Shown one piece after another: positions 24,752-38,881 of a DNA stretch of 64,000 nucleotides. Where the stretch lies: assembly GCA_051362555.1 (NCBI GenBank), contig CM120641.1, forward strand, positions 9,362,001-9,426,000, read 5' to 3'. Numbering within the stretch: the stretch's first letter is position 1; every line of letters begins with the position of its first letter. The position numbers and the translations under genes are program-made. A model generated the notes under the pieces. The model saw only the letters and a program-made list of their open reading frames with translations, had not been told where the DNA came from and did not search any database. The DNA is from Lingula anatina (taxonomy: Eukaryota > Animalia > Brachiopoda).

Positions 24752-25495
24752 TCAACAGTGGCACTCGTCTACGACAAGAACTTCATATGGCGGCGGCAGC
24801 TGAGGGACCTGCGTCTCGCCGCTCTCGTCTTCAAGATCAACAGCTTGGAAATAGCTGGGTGGCGGGGGCTCGTTTTCAACACTGTTACTGTCTGTTCCAC
24901 GTTGTTCTGAGGCATCTCTCATTGGCGTTTGTCTCTCGCGAGTGATTTCATCGTAGGACGGTGGGTTGGTGAGAACCGGAGCCACGCTCTGATGGTGTTG
25001 TATCACAGCGGGCAGTTGGCCAGCTTCGGCCAAGGAACTGTTGCACAAATGTGTTAGATGTGCCGTGGTAAGATCGGACAGTATGGCAAGCTGAAATTGG
25101 TTGGGATCACCCACCTGCTGTCTGCTTGCCCTGCGGGTTCGCACACGTTTACAGAGGGCTTTGATGGACATTCCCACGCCCCCTAAGAATAGAATCAAAC
25201 CTAGTCCTAAGCAAATTAGCCCCAGAATATAGACCGTTACACTCAACGGCGTGACAGTCTGGAGTTCCTGCACCAAGAACCGCACCGCGACTATCAGGGC
25301 TCCAGTGAGGATGTGGAACAATCCTACCGCTATCATGCACATGGGATTACAATTTGTGGAGTTTTGAATACACTGTGTGCAGCCCCACTGTGCCTTCTCG
25401 TCTTGCTGGCGTCTCTGGCGGCGTTGCTGAGAGAACTGGTTGCCCAGTCCCTGCAACTGTAACAACCCGTATATTGAGGCTGTGTTCCAGTCCAT
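24752..25495 (-). CDS. Uncharacterised 247-aa two-pass membrane protein with three C-terminal PPxY motifs
   Basis: Single GC-richer ORF with two hydrophobic helices (MIAVGLFHILTGALIVAV and VYILGLICLGLGLILFLGGVGM). PY motifs NPPSYDEI, PPPPSYFQAV and LPPPYEV. A splice acceptor lies just upstream of the ATG (~25523). Confidence 0.75.
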   Translation of the reverse strand: MDWNTASIYGLLQLQGLGNQFSQQRRQRRQQDEKAQWGCTQCIQNSTNCNPMCMIAVGLFHILTGALIVAVRFLVQELQTVTPLSVTVYILGLICLGLGLILFLGGVGMSIKALCKRVRTRRASRQQVGDPNQFQLAILSDLTTAHLTHLCNSSLAEAGQLPAVIQHHQSVAPVLTNPPSYDEITRERQTPMRDASEQRGTDSNSVENEPPPPSYFQAVDLEDESGETQVPQLPPPYEVLVVDECHC

Positions 25496-28400
25496 GTTTT
25501 ATACTTCTTTGTTGAAGTTGACCTAAAATTATACAAAGACATTTCTTGGAATTGATTGTTAAGTAGCTCAAATGGTGATTATATTATGCCAGAATTTGGC
25601 ACACCGGTAAACCGCTGCATGAAAATGTGATGCAACATGGAAGGAATTTTCGGACCTTAAAAAAATTTTTTTTCACAAAAAAAGTCAAATTGCTGAAATT
25701 TATAACTGGTTGAGTGTTAAACATTTTAATTGCGTCTGCCTTTATTGTGTTATTATTATTAACAAGAAACGAAGAATTATGCAGGACAAAGTTCTGCTAC
25801 TTATTTTTCTAGCAGCGTATGATGATTCTTTAACTCATATAATAGAAAGCACTGGTGTCAAATGCGTCATGAAACAGATTTTGGAAGCATCTGTAATATT
25901 TTCCCCTTATTGCTCCTAGTAAACATAATAATCTTGTTCAATTTTTCATACACTGCATCCAAACGCGTTTCCAGATCATTTTCTAAATTTTTACAAAATT
26001 CATTATCATCTTTCGCCATTATGAATCGCCAGGTGTTATCTCGAATGTCAATGTTTTTTTTTTTTCTTCAGCTAATGGAGTTTAAATGTCACAAGCATAA
26101 AAGTCAGAGAAATTGTTTAATTTTGATGTAAAAAAATCGCCTCTGACCTTTAAGCCGGCATCCCCTTTTCACGCTAAATCAAACAATTGATTGAACTTAT
26201 CTTGTTATATATGGCTAATTTGATATCTATATGATAAGCTATTTAATTCCAAAAAGGATCTACAACAATGTACCCTTGGCAGAGACAGCCTAATCATGGG
26301 TTAAATGTTAAAGTCGGATCTATACTAGTTCAAGACAAAACCTCTGTCTGAATGCAGCATTTTTGTCATTTAAAGATATGTTACTACCACATTCACCAGT
26401 TACTGTAGTAAATACCAAACTTCAGTGTTTTTTCAGGCAGTCTGTGCAAGAGAAATATCACCTTATTACACGATGAGTTATGCTTGGTTGTTGCATATAC
26501 ACGTAGCCGTGCATGAGGTGAGCCAAACCACCATGAAGACCTATGATCATGTGATCCCTTATCAACCCCCTGACAGTTAACATCTCTGAATATTGAGTAA
26601 TACTTGCACCCCTGAGAAATGCCGTGGGACCATGATGAACTTGTCGGGTGACGACAGCTTGTGTATTAAGGACCCTGTTAAGACAACACACCAACATACT
26701 GTAACTATAGTCGGTGATGCCTGCTGCCAGATATACTGGGATGAATAGAAATAAACTGATAAACAAATAAATAAATAGACAAATAGATAGATCTTTACAT
26801 CAAACTAAGACTCTAGCATCAAAAGAGCATTTAAAAGTTAGAGAAAAGTGGATTTTGATAATGAAACCGTGGCTGTGCTTCTTTTTTTTTCTATTGTCTA
26901 ATTCTTCCGGAAAAAAAAAGAGATTTATAACAAAATCCCTGTATGGTGCTACAGAAAAAACGGTGCCTCCTTGCTAAGCATCAGAACATTGTGTTTCAGG
27001 TATACTTAAGATATGACAAAATTCACATTTTAGTTTATCAGTCTGCCTTGGCCTATATGTCTGTCCCTCCCTCCCTGTTTATCTTGCAGTTACTGGGCTT
27101 TAGAGGGAAGATGGCGATAATAGTTTTCAATGATAAAATCTTTATGTAGACCAAAAAGGTAAGATAGCATTTCCCTGACAATTTGAAATAATGAGCTCCT
27201 TTATTCAAACAGGTTGTTTATCATTGTCTTTGCTAAATCCCGTCTCTTATCTTAATACAGTAATGCGATATTAGGCTACGTACCCCAATGTCGTAACCGA
27301 CTACGTGTTTTCTCATTATCTTGATCAGGCCGCATTACTCTGTGAAACTGGCAAATACAAAACGAGTAAATGAACGAATTTACGTCATCCTTATAGTTAA
27401 TATGGGCCCGTTAATATGCCATTTATCTGGTCGTGTAACATAGCTACTTCATCGTTTGAAAAGAAATAAATGTCAATTTATATAGGCTACAAATATTTGA
27501 GAACTGTTTTCCCTCGTGTTCAAGATCATTTTGATATTCGCGGACTCATGCTGAAACCAATTTAGAAAACAGAAAAAGATACCCTCAAACAAATAACCTT
27601 TTCAAAACAACGTCTCTTTTTGTTGTTTATCGTTTCCCGTGTAGGACGCTATTTACATTGTTTTCGTTCAGTCATGATACATGAAACGATGAGCTGCACC
27701 TCTGTAGATCTACATTCTATTTTGACTTACTTTCTTTCTTTTTTTTTAAATTAGATTCATGAAAGGCTTCCTTGTTGCACAGTCATACAAGTATGTCACC
27801 AGGTTAGTCATGACCGACAGAAATAATGTTTTCCTGCGAAGTAATAATCTATATACCGTCTCGTCCATGGGTGGCCTTTACGCCCTCTCATGACCAATTA
27901 CTGTGATAACTAGTCTAGCATTTTTCTTCCGACTAACGAAGACGATAAATTTTATCAGAATGAAAGAGAAAATACAGACTATAACATGCGACAACTGCAC
28001 CCTCTTATTTTCTTATTCCGTCTTTTCTTCCGCGCTATATAACATTAATACGATCATTTTAGTGCATATGTCTATAAAGTAATGGACGACAAGGTACCGC
28101 TTAATAAAGAGATACACGTCACGATCAATCAGTTACGTTAAACGTGTCAACACTGACTTGTTACCTGTGTTCAGAGCATCCACACTTAATGAAAATGTTC
28201 CTTATATCAATATATCCTGTCCACAGCGTTCAACTTGGCGGAATATTCCAGGTATATATGACACCAAGCACAGCTAGAGTGTCTCAGGTGTCGAGTACAT
28301 TAGCCGGTCTCACTCAGGTAAACTGTCGTTGTCTAGTGAGCAAAAGAACCGCAGCTGTCACAGTGCCGTAATATCAAAGCCAAGCTGATAATTAAACCTT

Positions 28401-31400
28401 ATGCAGAACAGATAAAGCTCCACACCGGTATATGAATATTAAATTTTATGCACCCAAGTCTTCTCTTTTTAGACAGACCACAACCGCAACATCAGGAAAT
28501 TATGATATGATAATGAGATGCATCTGGGATCAAATCTTAATGGATTGACGATGTGCCGGAGCAATTGTAATCGTGGCTGCATAAAGAGAGGCCTGCTTGT
28601 CTTATCGGGATAAATTAATTCCACGATAATTGATTATGCTGCATTCATTATGATAAGAGCGTGCTGTTAAGTTATATGAAGTAGGTTTACATAATGAATT
28701 AGCTGATTGTCAACATGGTGATCCCGCGGTCAGCGCAAGGTCACTGGAACGCCTTAATGGTCGTTCCGTTTTCAGTTTTTAGATTCAAGCTGTTTTATTT
28801 AGATGGAATACATTATCAGCATGTCACACGCAAACCACACTTTGTACTTCGATGTCATTACTCTTTTTAACGTTTTCACATGGTTTAACAGCCCACGGCA
28901 GACTAATCTATATTTTTCCGTAGTGTTTTCTCCTCACCTTGCTCATTAACGCACTCGGAGAACGTCAATGATTTATTGTGAGAAATTAATGTACAGTTCA
29001 CACCACGGATTACGACATCATGATGCACAAACATGTGGCGCCCTATGCCGGCATCTTGGTACAGGTTAACCGTATGAAACTATTTACATCTGGCACCTTG
29101 TTATTTGTGATATGTGCAATAAGAGACATGTATAAAGAATGAGAAATGAAAAATTCCAAATTCTGTCTCAAACACTCGTGTCACGCCATCATTGAAGCCG
29201 TGCGTGAGCCTTTTTTTGTTCGTATAATTATTTGTTCTTTTGTCCTGAAGGAATATCACAGCGGTCTATTACTTACTGTTGACATGGGTGTGACAGTTGT
29301 CTTGACGTGCGTTACCCAGTTTAGGGCAATGTGGACATTCATCACGCATTTTATTTTAGTTTGGCAGTGTATAGAATGGCAGACATTAAGTGCGATATCG
29401 CCTGGAAAATTTCATTTCCTCACCAAAATTCCACTCTTTTGTTGAGAAGTCGTACCAATCTTAATTTGTTATGTATTGTAGAAGCAATGGGCCTGCTATA
29501 CTTAATTGTATTTTTCATTTATTCGCCTTATTTTTTCTTGACATGCAAACTCATCGTTAATCAGTCTTATTAGTCAAACATATTTTTGAAATAACAGGAA
29601 GCGTAGGTAGAAATATCGATTTTGCTAGACCTGAGCTGGTACGTACATGTATCAAACAAGCAGATCGGTGTGCGAGAAAAAAGCTGTAACGAGCTTATCA
29701 CGTTTTCCCAATATCTGGATAAAGGAACCACATATTATTTTATCTGCATAAAAAAACGCGTGCATTGTCATACGCTCAATACCCAAAATTATATTTTAGG
29801 TATCAATTCAAGAAAAAAAAACACTTGTGCTCATTGTGTTAAGTATCTACCGACTAACATATATCCCAAGTGCCTGGAAGGATCCAAGATAACGAAGTTG
29901 ATAATATTTTTAATTTGTTGTGTTCACTTTTGGCATACTTAATAACTTCGTGACAGTCCCACTTATGAAAATAGCTCTACTTTCTCACCAAACCAGATAA
30001 TTTAATTATTAGACCTCCAAAAAATAGGAAAGGACAAGTCAAAATTTCTTGTCAACACGAAGTTGTACCTCCTGCATAATCACTTTTGTTTCTTTCATGT
30101 TTACACAGAACTTTAGCCTGTTTAGCATGCTTTACTTGTTAATGTATTAATTGTTGCGAACGTTAAACCTAGATGTATTTAATCTGATGTAAGTTATTTG
30201 CGGCACAGACCGCTTAGCTGGCACGTTCTCATCTAGCACAATGCATAGCTTTTTCCATCATGTTCTTTGTTGCATTTTGGGTCATCTTCACATTTAACCA
30301 AGCTAAATATATGAACATTGTCCCATTTCTCTTTGAAATGTATTATTTGTTTTCTTGTCTTTGCATGCTATTCATATAAACCGATATATATAGCGATTCA
30401 ATATAAAATGAGATCACTTGTGCTCTATCTTGTTAAGCATCAATTGGTTATCCAATCATCCAACTTCCTGTAGCCTGAGATTGCCGAGATAACGGAGTTG
30501 ATTACATTTTGAAATTGTTGTGAACATTTTCGATATTAAAGATCATTTTCGTCAATGTCACAAATTTTGAAAATATCACTAATTTCATTTGGCATACATA
30601 TATAAAGTAGATTTGATCATACATAAGAAATGAGTATATAGAGAGCCTGTAACATATATCTGTTTAACATTTTAGTTCTCTATTCTTTCGCTATGTTGGA
30701 TGCTTGATCAGGTTAAAGATTCAGACTGGTACGAATGTATAAAATATTTTTTAAATTTTCTACACAACACTTGCAGTATGTGTATTTTTACTTGTTCATA
30801 TTTGAAAAATAAACTTTTTAGATGAGATTCTTAAGATTACACTCGCAATTGGCGTGCGCTCGTTATATTATATACCGGTAGTATGCACATTTACACGAAT
30901 ATCCTTATAGACTTACAAGCAATCATGCGTAATTTATTGAACTGCAAGTAATAAATCAGCACTACCCATCACCTGGCTTAATATTTCATTTTTTAACTGC
31001 CCCTTTATTTGAATACCTGCACTTGTTTGCATACATTCTTAGGTGTTTCAAAACATTCCATTGGAAAATTAGTGGTAGATTAGTCGTGGTTATTAGATAT
31101 TGATGGACACAGCGCTACAAAGGGCCAAACTTCATATTTCAGTGCATTTGATATTCACGTTTTATCTAGCTAAATATCACAATTTTGTCCCACTTCTCTG
31201 CAATGTACAAATTGTTTGTTTGTCTTTTCATGCTATATATCGGACCTATTATACATATATATAATCGGCCCAAGACTTTATGTACACACCGATATATGTA
31301 TATCAATTCAATAAAAAAAACATTTGCGCTCTAACATTTGTGAAGCATCTGCTGGTTATCCAATCTCCCAAGTTCCCAGAAGAATCCAAGATAAATAAGT

Positions 31401-33422
31401 TAAGGATATTTTGAAACTGTTGTGAACATTCTCGACATAAAAGATAGGCTTATGAACGTCCCACATTTTGAAAATATCGCTACTTTCAAGTGGCAAACAA
31501 ACATTCATGTAACATGAATTTGAACATACGTATGGGATTTGTATGTAGAGCCTGTATAATATATCTGTTTAACATTTTAGTGCTCGATGATGTTATTATC
31601 AGTAGCTGTAATTTTAAGATTTTTACCAAAACTGATGTATCCTATGAAAACGAAACCTATTCTCCTTAATGAAAATGTCCAAAGAAAAAAGTTAACCGGA
31701 AGCAAATCACAGGCGAAAAAAAAATGAACGAGTTATCTTAATCAACAGTGCTGTATGTGCACTATGCTGAATACACATAATATGCTTATTGACTTCTGGC
31801 AACGATGTTAGTCACAAAAACTAATACAACTAGTAATGGGCCAACTTCAGGCGCTGTTGATCCTGCCTTCCGCTATCATTTCTTGCAATACATTATATTA
31901 AATCGCTCGGTCTATTCGTCATTAGCTTTTAGCAATTATCTTTTTTGCGCATCATACGCAGCTAGAGTAATAAACGTTGCCTAGTTGCAGCTGTTTGACT
32001 GTATGACTGTTGCACCATCATCCAACAACCAGATCTATTCGAAATTGTCATCAAACCCCCGGAGGCACCATGTCATCATGACTGTCTATTGACTCAGCAG
32101 TCACCGAGTGCAAGAACACGCCCTTGCGTTCATATCTCCGCACCCTATTGTCCACATTGAATACAGCAATGACAAATTAACACGTTTGTGATCTACTCAG
32201 TCACTGGGTTACGAACAAACGCCCAAGAGGTTATTAAACCATTATGTATTTAACCGGGCACTGAGCACATTGAGCAAAGAACACAAAACTTAAACATTGC
32301 ATGAAGGGCTTGCAAAACGCTCAAAACCCAGAGCATGTTCACGGAATACAAATGGATTAAAAACACTTTCCGTTAAGTGTGCCATATGTCATTTATCTAA
32401 CCTTATTTGAGAACACAATTTCCTCTTATTCGTGGCATTGATTTTATAAACTCCTACTGTGGCTAATTTTATATCCTTAGCATTAACTATCGATAGAATG
32501 TATAATTTGCTTCAGAGTATATTTAGCTACAAGGCAGCAGCATACACCGTGTCCCTCGGGACTTCTCTTATTAGATTCATGTAGAATATATGACGCAGAA
32601 AGCCACAAAGTAGGGCGCGACGAGCTATTCAATAATACGAAGAGGCACTTTCTCAACAAATCGAAAGCAATTTAGAGTTAAGGCTTGGTCTTGTATCACG
32701 GACATATAATTGTTTTAAAAGCGGTCTTGTTTTGCTGTCTATTGCGTTTTGAGCGGTTGCTTAGCTTGTAATGTCTTTTGAGTACGACAAAGAGTAATGT
32801 TGCCTAATGTCGTAACCTCTTTAAGTCCTATACAGGCCGATCGATTCTTGCAGGAATCATTTGGAAAACCTCCCGTTTCATGCCGGGGCTCATCAGTGGA
32901 TTATTCAAGATAGGTTGGACATAGTTTATCGATTGTGACGTAGCTGCGCTTGTAATATTGACAGTGACTTCAGCATAAACTGCTGTGCTTGTTCAGACAG
33001 TTTAGTGTTGGAAAGATCTGCACAGAAAAGGAGTGGTTTTTGAAACCTGGCAACCGAAGAGGCAGTACATGGATGGATCCACGTTTGGAATCAGGAAAGT
33101 GTCAGGAATCCGCAGCTGGCAGAGCGATGATCGTCGTGATTAGCATATTAAAAGGAGCAGATTTGGGTTAGGCGATAACACCAGAGTAGAAGATCGGCCT
33201 CATTCCAGGCAAACGGCCATTTGGAACTGAAACTGCAAATTAATATTTTGGTCTGATTGGTATAAATGTGTTTTCGACACCTGGAACGGCAATCTTCAGC
33301 TTGTTTCTGCATACGGGATTGTTAGGCCCATTATATTTAAGCTATCGTTTCTTTTTGGCGATGACTCGCAAGGTAAGCTACACTACTTAAAAATCTTGAG
33401 AGAGTTCAAAAAACATTCCACG

Positions 33423-36400
33423 ATGTCAGCCATTAGTAAGGCGTGTGCGGAGCTGACAAATAGTATTAAAGGTTTAAGGTTGCCAACTACAAAAAGACAG
33501 GAAAACCTCCACCCGACCCGGAATCCAGGGTGTAGCAGTGGAATCGGCAGTGTTGGTGGTCTTCTCCCACAGAGAATGACCTCTGCGTCAAATGGCCATT
33601 CACCGGGTCTCCCAAAGGCGACCAAACTGAAGATTTTGCACATAAATGGGAATATTCATGCTGTGAAACATGCGAAAGATTTATGGCTGGATGATCGATT
33701 TTTAAGTCAATTCTTCTTCTATTTTTTACCCAGTGAGAGACTTGTGTTAGCACAGGTATGTAAAAAATGGCGAGACCTTCTGTATCAAGCTCAGTTTTGG
33801 CAAGGGGTGACAGCCGTGGTAAAAAGTCGAGACTGGAAGGAAGAAGACAAGATGAAGAAATTCTACCACAGCCTCCAGAAAAGAGGCTTTGATTCTTTAT
33901 GCCTGGAGGGGGCAGCCGATAAAGACCTGAGTGATATGTTTGCCAACTACCCGGCATGCAGAAAACACATTCGTTCGGTCAGTTTACGCTATTCCAATGT
34001 CACAGACTCTGGCCTGGAGCTGATGTTCCAGCGCATGCAGTGCATCTACAAACTGGAGCTTTCTGGTTGTAACGAAATCACTGAAGCAGGTCTCTGGGCG
34101 TGCTTGAACCCCAAAATTGTATCCCTGACTGTCAGTGACTGTATAAACGTCGCCGATGACACCGTAGGTGCCATTTCTCAGCTTTTGCCTTCTTTGCATG
34201 AACTTGATCTTCAAGCCTATCATGTGACGGACGCGGCATTGTCGTTCTTCAGTTCAAAACAAAGTAACACATTAACTGCACTGAAGCTCAAGTCGTGTTG
34301 GGAGATAACGAACCATGGGATTGTAAATGTCGTTCACTCTCTTCCCAACCTGACAGTGCTCAGTCTCCAGGGCTGCAGCAAGATTACAGATGACGGGGTC
34401 GAGATAATAGCAGAAAACCTACGGAAATTACGCGTGCTTGATCTGTCCTGGTGTCCCCGGGTGACTGACGCCTCCCTGGAGTACATCGCCTGCGATCTGT
34501 GTCTCCTGGAGGAATTAACCCTAGACAGGTGCGTATTAATCAAAAGTATACGATGTACTGTATGTATCTACTGCCATTGGTATATGGCATAGGGCAGTGA
34601 AATGAGTGGGGCCCTTTACATTACATAGGGCATTGTAACGAGTGGGGCCCTATAAATTACACAGGGCATTGTAACGAGTGGGGCCCTATACATTAATATC
34701 ACTTAGCATTCGTAACGAGTAGGGCCCTATATATAACATAGGGCATTGTAACGAGTGGGGCCCTATACATTACATAGGACGTTGTAACTGAGTGGGGCCC
34801 TATACATTATGTAGGGCATTTTAACGAGTGGAGCCCTATACATTACTAAGGGAATTGGAATGATTGAGGGCCATTATCTACATTGTATATGGCGGTGTAA
34901 TATGTAGGCCCCATAGGCCTATACATTTTATGCTTATTGAACATTGATGCTACTCTGACGGCAACTTGTCGGTAAAACATGCAAGACACCTTCCTATCTT
35001 AACTTTTGTTGTAAATAATACATTTTTTAATTTATGGCGAATTTTTCATTATCACGTAACTATTCTTTATGTCCTAGTGGTCCTCATATTTATAGCACTT
35101 TTATAATAGAATAACTTTCCTGTTCTTTATAAAGCCAATATTATTTAAAATTAAAGAATAAAAGGCTGGTACCATGTAAAATAAAACGTGGAACAAACTG
35201 TGTAGCTGTCAGAGAATATGTTAACTATTTAAACATTCTTAAAGGCCTTTTCGTGTCGTTACTCTTGTATATCAGGCACACTTATACAGTGACACACCTG
35301 GAGATATGACTCATTGCTTAAAACAGGATGTCTGGAACATTCAAATCAGTCTTCAATAGCGTTGCAGAAGCGTCTGAAACGCTTGGTGTAACACACGTAC
35401 ATGCGCATTCATATGGGTAGTTTATGTGGAAAGCATTGCTTTTTTGTGAAGAATATATTAAAAAGTTTGGTCCTGCCACCAAGAATCCTCATGTGCGCGT
35501 ATTGGACGCTACATTTGGAACCAGTTATAATAGTGTTTGGACGCAAAAAGCGGTCTATTGATCTACCTTGTGTGGCCATATAGTGAAGACTAGCATATAT
35601 CTCCACATTAAAACCACTCGTGATGGGAGTCTGTCGTGCTGCTCGAATTTCGAGTGATTTCACTTTTTATAGTTATGGCCAGAGTAGGAATGAGTAGGAA
35701 GGCACCAGTGGCGATTCCATCCTCCCGTCCATGTACAAGAGGCGACAAATATACACGGGTATTGAATTCTTGGTGAAAGCGGGGTTTATAATGGCATGAG
35801 TTCATTTGTAGTGATTCATTTCGAAACCTGGACTCTGATAGTCCTTTCCTTTATAAACCCAATGAAAATATGGATAAATGAGATATATAGAAAGTAAAAG
35901 TTCAATAGAGAGTTGTATTTGTTCCAGTGTTCATTATATTTTATGTGGTTCCAAAAGAACAAGATCCCGTCCCTTGTGATTTTCCTTCTATTCAAAGCCA
36001 GCTGAGCTTGCCCCGTTTTTTGCATTGTGTGTATGCCTATAGTACGAGCTCTAGGATTTGTTTTATAATTTCAAATGGTTCCCAATCTCTATTCCAAGAA
36101 CTGGGCTAAAGATTTAAAGTGCATTACAATATTTTGTCATGTTTCTTTCACTTATCAAATAAAAGTGAATATAAATTCGTTCAAAATTGAAAAATGAATA
36201 TAAGAAAAGACAAACCATTTTTTTAAAATATGTTTCTTCAAATAGGCCTGGTCGTATGTATTATTGCATCGTGTATAGTTACCTTCTGTTATAATAAACT
36301 GACTGATTTTGTCTTGTTCTCGGTAAGCAGCTAAAATGTAGGTTAACGAGTACAACTGAGTTCATTTCTGCCAAGTCCCATTGACATAGAAAACGAAATG

Positions 36401-38881
36401 TAAGTAAAAAAAAAACTGGTGGCACTTAAGCAACACAGACAAAAGACTATAAGACCATGTTGCACATCCCCTTGAAAACCCTTGACGGTGCTTTATGTTT
36501 TAGAATACTACCTGTTAATGGAGAATCCATGTATCATTTGAACAACTTTATGAGAATGGCGTGCAATCGCAATAATAGGTCTTATCTTTTTACTCCCAGG
36601 TGTCAGCACGTGACAGACATTGGAGTGGGCTACCTCTCCACGATGACGTCACTGGCTAAGCTCTACCTGCGATGGTGCACTCAGGTGCGAGACTTTGGAC
36701 TTCAACACCTGTACACGATGAAAAGTTTACGGATGTTATCTGTGGCAGGTAGGAAACCACCCTTCCCCTACCCCTCCCTCGCCACCCATCCACATTTATT
36801 CCAACCGGATTGCTTGGTTACGTTTTATCACGTTGCTAGGTAACTCCAATCTGTTGCCACGAAAACAAAAGATGTATAAGGCAAAGTGCTTGCCATAAAT
36901 ATATTGTTCAGTGTCATTATAGATGAATGCTATTTTACAATATTTTAAATGACAAAAATTACAAGTTGGGGTTATTCACAACTGTTGTCATATTAACTCT
37001 CAATACTTTTCACAATAAATTGGCTGTTTTGATCTAAAATTGTCGCATTTCTAACTTAAAAGATTTTACTCCACTTAATTTAGTCTCAAAGGTTTGGTTG
37101 AACATTCTGTTATAACATCCCATCAATCACCGATTTTTGTTCAAAAGGAGACAAACTTAGAGATGACTTCTACTGCAAGATTGGTCGATTACATAGAGAT
37201 GTGGTTGAATACGTTGATTTTATGTGATACTCACCACAAATAAGAATTTAAGTTGACAGAATGGTTCGCGTGGCTGCCCGCATCATTATCTAAGTTATTG
37301 GATATCCCCTTGTTGTATTGTTGCTAATGGTACCATACACTCGGTATTTTTGCCATGATTAGGCTTTCACGTTGTATACTGATGTTATGTATTCTCTTTG
37401 GGATAATTGAGGAAGAGGTGCGCGAAGCCTTGACATTTCAAGATGCATATGAAGCCAATTTTGCCACCAACGCCGACCAAATGCCAGCATATAGTTTCAA
37501 ATAGTATAACTATGTGAATTACCAAAAGACATAGTTTAATATTACCCGAATATTTGAACGGATTTTTCTGCTAGCTTTCTATGCTGTATATAAATGGGGC
37601 AGATAAGTAGGTTAAATAGTTAAATTTATGACCAAAATTTTAAAGAAAGAAGTGTTTAAAGCTCTTTATGGTTGATCGAGTGATTTATTTAGTTTATCCC
37701 ATGGCATGTCGAATTTGAGTTGTACATGAAACTAGTAAAAGTGGTTTATATGCGTTACTGGGTGTACATGCATATGTACCTTTCATTAAATTAAGGACAG
37801 CTCCCTATGAGTAATCTAGGTAGCACATTCCTCATGCCTGTCAATGCATCCATTCCACCGCTCACATGATTAGATAAAAAAAATGGAGATCGATAACTTC
37901 CACTTCTCTCTTGGTAATTTATTGATCGAGGAGTCGCACTGTATAGCGTGGCTTGGATCAGCCGAATAATCGGAGTCAAGTTTTTTTTCTGTTTTGCCCA
38001 AGGATGTGATGAATCATTTGATTTCCATCAACAAGGCGGATGAGACGAAGAATTAATCTTGATACTGATCTCGCGGACATCCCTTGTACCATTAGAAAAC
38101 AATGTCCATGATGTGAATGACTTTATTAAATTTCTTTGGCAGCATGCATTCATATTCAGCTTAAATTTCAAATTCTAATTATGAGAATAATGTTTCTAAA
38201 GGACAATTTATGTAATTAACATCTTTAAATCTGATATTTTTTGCTGTTGAGGGGTTTACATCAAAAGGCACGTTACCCTTTTTCAGATATAAGAAACGCA
38301 CAAAATAAAAAAAAAACATTTACATGTATGTTCATTTAAATGCCATTACATGGCCTCATTAACACGTTTTTATGTCATTACCAATTATATTAATTTTTAA
38401 AAAATTGCCAAATCTTAAAAGGGTTAGTAGAATGGTAAGAAATATCTATAAACTAGCCTTAGCTGGTAATAGCAGATGCTTATAAATTTACCATTCGTTT
38501 TAGGTGCATACTCTAGGTCATATTGTTGGATAGTTTGCGTTTGGTGTCACTGCAATACTTTTTTTTCAAAAACAAAAATCAAACGCTGTTTTAACTGCAT
38601 CTTCCTTTGTTAACCAATTTTGCAAAAGAACTTCCGTGAAATGAAAACTCTACATGTATGCATACAATACGCTACTTAGAAGATATTATATGTCAGCATG
38701 ACAAACTTGAGGCTCTTTTTCTCTTCCAATAGGTTGCAGTCAGCTGACTCCAAGTGGCATCATGGGACTTGTTCAGATGCGCCATCTGGAGGAACTGGAG
38801 GTGACCAACTGCCAGGGCGCGAGACAAGATGTTTACAAATACCTCAAAGAAAATTTGCCGAAATGTGTGATCATTCCGTAG
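33423..38881 (+). CDS. FBXL16: F-box/LRR-repeat protein 16, ~467 aa
   Basis: Exons 33423-34528, 36600-36748, 38733-38881 (TAG), 1404 nt in frame. F-box (FFFYF..ERLVLAQVCKKWRDLLY) and LRRs with LELSGCNEITEAGLW, DCINVAD, LQAYHVTD, LDLSWCPRVTDASLEYIACDL, LYLRWCTQVRDFGL and LEELEVTNC. Confidence 0.95.
34588..34890. repeat. 36-bp minisatellite, ~8 copies (CATAGGGCATTGTAACGAGTGGGGCCCTATACATTA), in FBXL16 intron
   Basis: Head-to-tail units start at 34588, 34624, 34660 and so on, with no unique spacers. Confidence 0.9.

Noticed and set aside
28155-28365. Cluster of CAGGTA/CAGGTG/CAGCTG E-box-like motifs
   Set aside because: Short motifs. Enrichment over background cannot be shown by eye.
27088-32853. 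Possible non-coding 5' exon of FBXL16 (donor AAG|GTAAGA ~27158, acceptor ~32853)
   Set aside because: The splice signals are plausible but cannot be confirmed without transcripts.
34588-34890. CRISPR array (36-bp hairpin repeats)
   Set aside because: Units are contiguous with no unique spacers, so this is an intronic minisatellite.
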